Shown here: positions 8,830-16,556 of the stretch, piece by piece | Layout of the letters: each line of letters starts with the position of its first letter | Position numbering within the stretch: position 1 is the stretch's first letter | From: Microcystis aeruginosa NIES-843 | Lineage (GTDB): Bacteria; Cyanobacteriota; Cyanobacteriia; Cyanobacteriales; Microcystaceae | Direction: 5' to 3' | Assembly (NCBI RefSeq): GCF_000010625.1 | Contig: NC_010296.1 | Location: 5,100,001-5,132,000, forward strand | DNA: 32,000 nt | The notes under the pieces: model-generated | The model's database searches: none | What the model was told of the DNA's origin: nothing | What the model saw: the letters and a program-made list of their open reading frames with translations, nothing else | Program-made: the position numbers and the translations under genes

Positions 8830-10192
8830 TGGGACTTAAACAAATTTCAAGCCCAAACAAAGCCTAAACTGGCTTTGTAAGCGGCAAACACATCCCGATT
8901 CTCGGTCAGCCACTCAAAGAAACGGAAAGACATCGCTGTCCGAAAAGCTTCCAAGGCTTCCACAAAAGTGTTTAAAGGTCGATTCGCCCACTGCCTTTGC
9001 AATCCCCCAGTTAACTTATGCCACAGGATAAATGTATAGGCACAAAACACCAGGATAAAATGACGAAGTAAGCTTCGTTTATCCCTGACTTGATATTCCC
9101 TTAACCCTAACCATCCTTTGGCTTCTCGGTAGAATACTTCCACCCAATTTCTTTCGGTGTAAGTCCTCACTATCCACGAAGCTGTTACTGTATCTGCCTC
9201 AACTACATTGGTGATGAAATAGTCCACCTCTGTGGCTTTTTCCATTGAACTTGCATTCATGACGATCGCCAAGTTCCTTTCTCCTTCTAGTTGAGATATT
9301 TTCGCTCTGAATACCGCTACCCAAACCGTTTTTTCTTTATCTAGATTTAGGGTGATTTTCTCCCAATCCTTTTCTGATAGGCTTTTTGCTAGTTGCTCAA
9401 GCTGGATTGTTTCTTCCACACCCCCTTCTTTTTCAATAATTACTTTTCGATTTTTTGCCAATCCTCCTAAGTATTTTAGCTTTCTTTCTTCCAGGGCTTT
9501 GAGAAAATTTGTGTTGTTGCCATAACCAGCATCTATTAAGACGATTTTCGGTCGATAGCCTCTGGTTAAGCTCCGGTCAATTAAATCTATCGCTATCTCT
9601 GGTTTCTTCTTAAATTCTTTGTCTTCTTTCCCCTCGGCTAAGGAACTAGCCGGTTGATAAATTTCAATGTCTAGGGGGACACTTTTTTTGCCGTCGTAGA
9701 GATGGGTAGTGACGGCGACTATTCCGTTGTCTGTCTTGCCAATTTCTCCTAGGTACTGCCTGCCAACTCCGGCGGTCAGATTGCCACTTTTTCGATGTCC
9801 TGAGTCATCGACAATCAGGGAAAATCCTCGGGGGATTTGCGTCTGGCGGCATTGGTTCATCACTTGCAACCGACATTCATTCACCTGACGGTCTGACCAG
9901 GGAGATTCGGTCAAAAAGTGATGTAATCGGTTATAAACTACTCCGACGGCATTATTGGCCATTTGAGTGAGGTTTTTCCTCTCACTTTCCCCTAATAATC
10001 CTCCTAAATATTGTCTGAAGCCGTTTTTTTGCGCTTCGTTTTTGAAGCAATTGTCAAACCGCCGACACCATCGGTCAAAGCATGGGGGCATCGCGGCTGG
10101 GGTTGTCTCTTTCATCGCTGATCTTTCAACGTAAAGTGCTTACTCTTTAACGATTATACTCGATTTGATCTTTATTTGGCGTTTAAGTCCCA
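8830..10192 (-). mobile_element. IS701-family insertion sequence, copy A (1363 bp)
   Basis: 12-bp terminal inverted repeats TGGGACTTAAAC and a single 422-aa transposase ORF. The encoded protein is identical to that of copy B. Confidence 0.8.
8847..10115 (-). CDS. IS701-family (IS4-superfamily DDE) transposase
   Basis: 422 aa. The N-terminus FDRWCRRFDNCFKNEAQKNGFRQYLGGLLGESERKNLTQMANN...LHHFLTESPWSD is typical of IS701-like transposases. The DDE region includes LIVDDSGHRK...VLIDAGYG. It is 100 percent identical to ORF 12131..13399. Confidence 0.8.
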   Translation of the reverse strand: MKETTPAAMPPCFDRWCRRFDNCFKNEAQKNGFRQYLGGLLGESERKNLTQMANNAVGVVYNRLHHFLTESPWSDRQVNECRLQVMNQCRQTQIPRGFSLIVDDSGHRKSGNLTAGVGRQYLGEIGKTDNGIVAVTTHLYDGKKSVPLDIEIYQPASSLAEGKEDKEFKKKPEIAIDLIDRSLTRGYRPKIVLIDAGYGNNTNFLKALEERKLKYLGGLAKNRKVIIEKEGGVEETIQLEQLAKSLSEKDWEKITLNLDKEKTVWVAVFRAKISQLEGERNLAIVMNASSMEKATEVDYFITNVVEADTVTASWIVRTYTERNWVEVFYREAKGWLGLREYQVRDKRSLLRHFILVFCAYTFILWHKLTGGLQRQWANRPLNTFVEALEAFRTAMSFRFFEWLTENRDVFAAYKASLGFVWA

Positions 10193-11400
10193 CTATCCAT
10201 GTCTGGGATACGACGCTCGAGACATTGACGATTCAAAACGCTCAACTCAATTTCTGCCATATTTAACCAGCTGCCATGTTTGGGAGTGTAATGAAATTCG
10301 AGTTTATCTAAAATTCTCTTGGCCTCTTCCGGTTCAAAGGCTTTATATAATGAGGCTTTTACATGAGTATTTAAGTTGTCTTGAATTACTCTAATTTTCT
10401 GGGCATCCGGATAACGCTCATCAACCAAATATTTCATTTGGTGTGCATAATCGCTCGCCGTCCTTTGTTGTGTAACTTCTACATGTCGCCAACCTTGTAA
10501 TGGTTCAAAAAACATAAACATATTGGCTACACCATTACGCTCATATTGATAGTCATACCTTTCTGGTTCTCTCGGTTCGGCTGGTATTTTCTCTTTTGTT
10601 TCTTTGACTAATTGTTGACAACTCTCATCAAAACACAGCCAGGGATTTTGCTGGTCATACTCACTATGATAAATATCCAAGACATCTTCCATGGCACAGA
10701 CAAACTCCGCTGATTCTTTTGGGGGAATGACCCATGATTGATTCAGCCATGGTTTCAATTCATTTTTTTTAAGGTTTTTCTGATGGTTTCTCGTGATATT
10801 TTTTCCACATATTCAAGTTCGACCATTTTATCTGCCAGCATTTGAAGTGTCCATTTTGCTCGTCCCGTTGGTGTTTCACTACAAGCGATGGCAATCAGAT
10901 CTGCGGTTCTTCGTTACTTGGTATGGTTCGATCAGGGGGCATAAATAGGCTAAATCCTTATCTGGCAAGAGACTTAATTGATTAGCTCGTTCTAGATTGA
11001 AAACAATTGGCAAAAATCGAAGCAATGTCTTTCTATATAAGGGTTTCATCCCTTATAACTCCCGTCCATTGCATAACACAAACCGAAGAACCAGATATGC
11101 TTCCTTTTCCCCATCGATAATTTTGGCACGGCGATGTTCTTGCTTTTTTCGAGTTAATGATGATTCAATTCCTGACTCGACAAATCTTTGTCGTACTCTC
11201 TCAATGGTGGCTTGAGCAACATTTAAGGCTTCACTAATTTTCGAGTCAGTCCAACCACCTTCCTGTTGATTGACGTCTGCTAAAAGTAGTATTCTGGCAT
11301 GGTTCATTTTGTAAGCTGCTATTTTTCCTTTCTTGGTTAGCTGCTCGAGTTCAGTTCTTTCGGAGTCTGTTAGCTCTACAATATATTTTTTCTTCGGCAT
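10193..11400 (-). pseudogene. IS630-family transposase, inactivated three ways
   Basis: An N-terminal HTH ORF (11053..11400) and a DDE-domain ORF (10183..10758: ...QDNLNTHV...FHYTPKHGSWLNMAEIE...). The lesions are a 191-bp insertion at 10901-11091, a frame change in an A8 run (10763-10770), and loss of the 3' end to IS copy A at 10192. Confidence 0.8.
10901..11091. mobile_element. MITE-like 191-bp insertion inside the IS630 transposase gene
   Basis: Flanked by the direct repeat CAGAT (10896-10900 and 11092-11096). Sub-terminal inverted repeat GTTCTTCG / CGAAGAAC. Removing it restores ...GEKEAYL|IAIACSETPTGRAKWTL... in frame. Confidence 0.6.
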
Positions 11401-11414
11401 TTTTTTGTCTGAAG

Positions 11415-11791
11415 TTGGATAACTTCTTCCAGATTAGCTCTTTTTTTATCCATCAAAACAAAATTGATGCTCTACTACTAGCCTTAATTAAAGTCAAAAC
11501 CGTCAATCTGAGCGAGTTAGCAGTAGGATTTGGAGGTAAAGCCCTCAAAGAATCCAACTACAAGAGATTACAACGCTTTTTCCGCAACTTCGAGCTTGAT
11601 TATTCTGAAATTGCGAAAATTGTCGTGGGTTGGTTGAAGCTCCCCCAGCCTTGGGTGTTGAGTCTTGACCGGACTACCTGGGAGTTGGGCGAGCATTGCT
11701 ACAACATCCTGACTGTAGGCATAGTCCACGAAGGAGTCGCCATTCCCATCTTGTGGTGGCTGCTCAAGAAAAAGGGAAACTCCAACAGTGA
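11415..11791 (+). pseudogene. N-terminal fragment of an IS4-family (ISY203-like) transposase
   Basis: KTVNLSELAVGFGGKALKESNYKRLQRFF...VLSLDRTTWELGEHCYNILTVGIVHEGVAIPILWWLLKKKGNSNSE matches the conserved N-terminal region of IS4-family transposases. Recognisable similarity ends at the element starting at 11792. Confidence 0.6.
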
Positions 11792-11973
11792 GGGAGCATC
11801 TCACCTTTGCAATGAGCATAAATACTTAGTGGAAAAATAGGCTTTTCGAGGGTAATTCTTGTTTTAATTCTCCATGTACGCAGTCTTTAAAAGCCTCTAT
11901 TTCGTTCCAAGACACGATTAAGAGTGGCTTTTAGGCTAAGTATAATTACTTATCGCGTAAGTGAGATGCTCCC
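11792..11973. mobile_element. MITE-like 182-bp element with perfect 13-bp terminal inverted repeats
   Basis: GGGAGCATCTCAC at 11792-11804 and GTGAGATGCTCCC at 11961-11973. No ORF. It sits at the point where the IS4-like ORF loses similarity. Confidence 0.55.
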
Positions 11974-12022
11974 AAATCCTAGATTGTCTCTACAGGGAAG
12001 TCAAAGACAAGTTAACTAAGAA

Positions 12023-12053
12023 CCCACATTCCGCACCCTCAACTGTCACATAA
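12023..12053. mobile_element. Solo 31-bp terminus of an IS1634-family element, truncated by IS701-like copy B
   Basis: cccacattccgcaccctcaactgtcacataa is identical to the reverse complement of the right end (23924-23954) of the intact element at 21790-23954. Confidence 0.8.
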
Positions 12054-13416
12054 TGGGACTTAAACGCCAAATAAAGATCAAATCGAGTATAATCGTTAAA
12101 GAGTAAGCACTTTACGTTGAAAGATCAGCGATGAAAGAGACAACCCCAGCCGCGATGCCCCCATGCTTTGACCGATGGTGTCGGCGGTTTGACAATTGCT
12201 TCAAAAACGAAGCGCAAAAAAACGGCTTCAGACAATATTTAGGAGGATTATTAGGGGAAAGTGAGAGGAAAAACCTCACTCAAATGGCCAATAATGCCGT
12301 CGGAGTAGTTTATAACCGATTACATCACTTTTTGACCGAATCTCCCTGGTCAGACCGTCAGGTGAATGAATGTCGGTTGCAAGTGATGAACCAATGCCGC
12401 CAGACGCAAATCCCCCGAGGATTTTCCCTGATTGTCGATGACTCAGGACATCGAAAAAGTGGCAATCTGACCGCCGGAGTTGGCAGGCAGTACCTAGGAG
12501 AAATTGGCAAGACAGACAACGGAATAGTCGCCGTCACTACCCATCTCTACGACGGCAAAAAAAGTGTCCCCCTAGACATTGAAATTTATCAACCGGCTAG
12601 TTCCTTAGCCGAGGGGAAAGAAGACAAAGAATTTAAGAAGAAACCAGAGATAGCGATAGATTTAATTGACCGGAGCTTAACCAGAGGCTATCGACCGAAA
12701 ATCGTCTTAATAGATGCTGGTTATGGCAACAACACAAATTTTCTCAAAGCCCTGGAAGAAAGAAAGCTAAAATACTTAGGAGGATTGGCAAAAAATCGAA
12801 AAGTAATTATTGAAAAAGAAGGGGGTGTGGAAGAAACAATCCAGCTTGAGCAACTAGCAAAAAGCCTATCAGAAAAGGATTGGGAGAAAATCACCCTAAA
12901 TCTAGATAAAGAAAAAACGGTTTGGGTAGCGGTATTCAGAGCGAAAATATCTCAACTAGAAGGAGAAAGGAACTTGGCGATCGTCATGAATGCAAGTTCA
13001 ATGGAAAAAGCCACAGAGGTGGACTATTTCATCACCAATGTAGTTGAGGCAGATACAGTAACAGCTTCGTGGATAGTGAGGACTTACACCGAAAGAAATT
13101 GGGTGGAAGTATTCTACCGAGAAGCCAAAGGATGGTTAGGGTTAAGGGAATATCAAGTCAGGGATAAACGAAGCTTACTTCGTCATTTTATCCTGGTGTT
13201 TTGTGCCTATACATTTATCCTGTGGCATAAGTTAACTGGGGGATTGCAAAGGCAGTGGGCGAATCGACCTTTAAACACTTTTGTGGAAGCCTTGGAAGCT
13301 TTTCGGACAGCGATGTCTTTCCGTTTCTTTGAGTGGCTGACCGAGAATCGGGATGTGTTTGCCGCTTACAAAGCCAGTTTAGGCTTTGTTTGGGCTTGAA
13401 ATTTGTTTAAGTCCCA
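12054..13416 (+). mobile_element. IS701-family insertion sequence, copy B (1363 bp)
   Basis: Same length and termini as copy A, inverted. The stretches I compared by eye (about 170 bp at the inner end) are identical, and the two transposases are identical. Confidence 0.8.
12131..13399 (+). CDS. IS701-family (IS4-superfamily DDE) transposase
   Basis: The 422-aa product is identical to that of 8847..10115. Confidence 0.8.
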   Translation: MKETTPAAMPPCFDRWCRRFDNCFKNEAQKNGFRQYLGGLLGESERKNLTQMANNAVGVVYNRLHHFLTESPWSDRQVNECRLQVMNQCRQTQIPRGFSLIVDDSGHRKSGNLTAGVGRQYLGEIGKTDNGIVAVTTHLYDGKKSVPLDIEIYQPASSLAEGKEDKEFKKKPEIAIDLIDRSLTRGYRPKIVLIDAGYGNNTNFLKALEERKLKYLGGLAKNRKVIIEKEGGVEETIQLEQLAKSLSEKDWEKITLNLDKEKTVWVAVFRAKISQLEGERNLAIVMNASSMEKATEVDYFITNVVEADTVTASWIVRTYTERNWVEVFYREAKGWLGLREYQVRDKRSLLRHFILVFCAYTFILWHKLTGGLQRQWANRPLNTFVEALEAFRTAMSFRFFEWLTENRDVFAAYKASLGFVWA

Positions 13417-13419
13417 TTA

Positions 13420-15159
13420 GGCTATCGCGGACGGTGGAAATCCCTAATCGAGGGAGTTTTCGTCGCACCCTTAATCTTGCCCCCGACGGTGCTAGGCTTC
13501 ATTTTACTGCTCCTATTCGGCAAAAACGGACCCTTAGGACAGTTATTAGACTTATTCAATTTTCGCATCGTTTTTACTTGGTATGCCGCCATCATCACCG
13601 CGACGGTGGTGGCTTTTCCCCTGATGTACAAAACCACCCTAGGGGCTTTTGAACAGGTGGATGCCAACATCCTACAGGTTGCCCGCACCCTAGGGGCATC
13701 GGAAGGGAAAATATTCTGGCGCGTACTTTTGCCCCTCTCCTTCCCCGGGGTATTAGCGGGATTAACCCTAGCTTTTGCCCGCGCTTTGGGGGAATTTGGG
13801 GCGACTTTGATGTTAGCGGGTAATATTCCGGGGCAAACTCAAACTATCCCGATGGCGATTTTCTTCGCTGTGGAAGCAGGAGCGATGACTGAGGCTTGGA
13901 TATGGGTGTTTATTATCATATTAATCTCCCTATCGGGGATTATCGCCGTTAATCTCTGGCAAAGTCAACGCAAACAGCAATTAGGACGACCGGGAGAAAG
14001 CAAACCTAACGAGATGGAGGACTGGCTGCCACCCTGGGAGGGTCGCGATTTTGCCCTTTTAGAAGCTGAAAATCAGCATTATAGGGATAAAATAGGCTTA
14101 TTTGTCGATATAGAGAAATCTTTACCCGGTTTTAACCTCTCGGTAACTTTTAACTGCCAAAATCAGCCCCTAGGACTATTAGGGGCTTCGGGGTCGGGAA
14201 AAAGCCTGATTTTGCGATCGCTGGCTGGTGTGGAAACGCCCTCAAGGGGTCGTATTGTCTTAAATGGGCGCATTCTCTTCGATTCCGAAAAGGGAATTAA
14301 TCTCCCCAGTCGTCAGCGTCGTATCGGTTTTGTGGTGCAGAATTATGCCCTTTTTCCCCATCTCACCGTGGCAGAAAATATCGCTTTTAGTCTCCCCAAA
14401 AACTTATCTAAAAAAGTTATTAAACAGCAGATTGCCAACCAATTAGAATTAGTGCAGTTACCCGGCATGGAAAACCGTTATCCCCATCAATTATCGGGGG
14501 GACAACAACAACGGGTCGCCATCGCTCGCGCTTTAGCTAGTCGTCCGGAAGCTTTATTATTAGATGAGCCTTTTTCTGCCCTTGATACCCATCTACGCGC
14601 TCAATTAGAACGTCAGATGATCAAAACTTTAAGTAATTACGATGGCGTGACAATTTTTGTTACCCACAATATGGATGAAGCCTATCGAATATGTGAGAAT
14701 TTATTAGTTATGGAAAAAGGTCGGGCAATTGCTAATAATTCTAAACAGAAAATTTTTGAGCGACCAGATAGCGTTAGTTTGGCCAAGATTACGGGCTGTA
14801 AGAATTTTTCCCGTGCTATTATCATTAATAATCAACAATTGGAAGCCATTGATTGGGATGTTAAATTACACACCATCCCCGGAATTCCCGACTATTTAGC
14901 TCATACGGGAATTCGCGCCCATCAAATTATTTTTGGTCGAGATTTAGGAGATATTAATACTTTTCCCTGTTGGTTAGCTAATGCCATTGAAGGACCCCAT
15001 CGAGTGACTCTCTATCTGAAACTTAATCAACCCTCCAACCACGACCGAGATTTTCATATCCAAGCAGAGTTATATAAGGATAAATGGTTAGAAATTAAGG
15101 AGCAAGCTTTGCCTTGGACTGTTACTTTATCTCCCCAGCGTTTATTATTATTAAAGTAA
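13420..15159 (+). pseudogene. modB: 3' part of fused molybdate ABC permease/ATPase modBC
   Basis: The open frame from 13420 reads GYRGRWKSLIEGVFVAPLILPPTVLGFILLLLFGKNGPLG. The permease EAA region follows (ARTLGASEGKIFWRVLLP). Then come an ABC ATPase (GASGSGKS Walker A, LSGGQQQRVAIARAL signature, LLLDEPFSALD Walker B) and a C-terminal TOBE/Mop-like domain. The reconstructed intact gene is 1839 nt (612 aa). Confidence 0.85.
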
Positions 15160-15180
15160 TGGGTTAATTTTTATCAAGTG

Positions 15181-15244
15181 CTGACAGATATAGAGCTTCT
15201 AAAATCCCAGACCATCCCGTTAAATACCCGCTCGTGTCCTTGGT
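15181..15244. mobile_element. Remnant of an IS630-family element end
   Basis: About 64 bp match 24510-24573 (inside the left end of the intact IS630-like element) with about 5 mismatches. The outermost 16 bp of that IS are missing here. Confidence 0.65.
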
Positions 15245-15277
15245 TAGTAAAAATGTTCTATCTGGAGTTATAAAATC

Positions 15278-15730
15278 ATGGCTAAAAAGGAATCTTGTGA
15301 TTGGATAATGCGAGTGGATTTACACTTACCCACTCCTGATGAAATGCTGGATGAAATGTTAGAAATAGCAGCAGCAATTGCGTGGGTTAATTACCGAGTG
15401 GAGGGGCCAGGTTGTCTGTGGCTGATGGTCAATTCCTGCTGTGAACCTAAATTTATGTATCTGCCAGATATCAAGTTAAGACGAATTGCCGAAAGAGCGC
15501 ATCCAGAGGTGGATATTTACGATCCAATTAACGAACTCCTGCTGTTAGTTAGTCCCAATTGGGAAATATTTTCAGGGGAATTAGTGGGAGATAATGAAAC
15601 ACATTTTTATTACCGAATTAACGTCAAAAAACGAGTAGGAAAATCCTGTGAAGATTGCTGGGAGGTTTGGGGAGAAAAGTTAGGAGAAGTTGGTCGAGAA
15701 GGAATGGTAAAAGTAGTGGAAGATGTCTAA
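15278..15730 (+). CDS. Hypothetical protein, no recognisable domain
   Basis: 150-aa ORF with an ATG start. It is acidic and carries six Cys, including a CC pair and a CxxC (CEDC). I recognise no family. It lies between two IS remnants. Confidence 0.45.
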   Translation: MAKKESCDWIMRVDLHLPTPDEMLDEMLEIAAAIAWVNYRVEGPGCLWLMVNSCCEPKFMYLPDIKLRRIAERAHPEVDIYDPINELLLLVSPNWEIFSGELVGDNETHFYYRINVKKRVGKSCEDCWEVWGEKLGEVGREGMVKVVEDV

Positions 15731-16011
15731 AGTGTCGATTGAGTAATTGATTGCTCACCACAGAGACCCAGAGGATACAGAGTTTTTTAAGTAATTTTTC
15801 TGATTAATGAAATAGTGTTATATTGGTAGTTAGGATATGGGAAAAAGGCAAGGAAGCGGTTCGGATTTTGTGCTGTCCTTTGGGTGCGGGGTAAAAAATT
15901 AGAAGAAAAAGCTCGCAACCCCCTCAGAGGTATTTTAGAGGGCTACATTCCGCACTTCAGAAGGAGGTTCAAGTTATTGAAATAGTTTCAAAAGCCAACA
16001 AAAAAACTCAG

Positions 16012-16278
16012 TTGTATGGTGCGGAGTTAATCGTAGCTGATAGATGGTTCCCCAGTAGCAAAATCTGTTCCAATTGTGGATACAAAAAAGAGTCTCTATC
16101 TTTATCCGAAAGAGTTTTTGATTGTGAACAATGCTCTTTTGTTTGTGATAGAGACTTGAACGCTAGTCTCAATCTAGCTTCTTTGGCGGTGAGTTCCACC
16201 GTGTCAGCCTGGGGAGTAGATAGTGCCGACACTGCTACCTTGAAGCAGGAAATTAGCTTCAAATTTGCTCATGAGTAG
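16012..16278 (+). pseudogene. C-terminal remnant of an IS200/IS605-family TnpB
   Basis: YGAELIVADRWFPSSKICSNCGYKKESLSLSERVFDCEQCSFVCDRDLNASLNLA contains the RuvC-II/zinc-ribbon/RuvC-III region of TnpB. The roughly 300 upstream residues of a full TnpB are absent. Confidence 0.75.
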
Positions 16279-16556
16279 ATTTGAGTAAGTTTAATAGAGT
16301 TCTTGCATAATTAATTTTTGAGAGGGCAAAAATGAGAAAAATAAGCATAAAATTGCATAAAATAACCAAAGAGAGCATTTAATTGATTAATGCTCATTCT
16401 TAATTCTCCTGACTACTGACTACTGGCTCCTGACTCCTCACCTAAAGGAAGATTTTTGATTTTTGCAAGAGGTCTAATAGAACGGCAAACTTTGAGCAGG
16501 GATGATTGAATAGGCCGCAAGCTTGTTAGAGTATTGAGAGTAATTTTGAGCGAGCG

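Larger units (their letters stand above)
8830..13416. mobile_element. Composite transposon-like insertion: two inverted IS701-like copies flanking 1861 bp of IS debris
   Basis: The direct repeat TTAG lies at 8826-8829 and 13417-13420. The terminal sequences are TGGGACTTAAAC ... GTTTAAGTCCCA. The inner IS flanks (CTAT at 10193, ATAA at 12050) match neither each other nor the outer flanks. Confidence 0.8.

Noticed and set aside
8847-13399. Two identical 422-aa ORFs as a duplicated cellular gene pair, or a toxin/immunity-type inverted module
   Set aside because: Each sits in a 1363-bp unit with terminal inverted repeats, and the protein has IS701-type transposase features. They are IS copies.
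13386-13688. 88-aa ORFs on both strands at the IS / modBC junction
   Set aside because: They overlap the in-frame continuation of ModB (13420 onward), which has clear permease similarity. They have no independent support.
15941-15960. ctacattccgcac resembling the IS1634 terminal repeat (cccacattccgcaccct) just upstream of the TnpB remnant
   Set aside because: Only about 11 contiguous matching bases with no flanking similarity. This cannot be distinguished from chance without a search.
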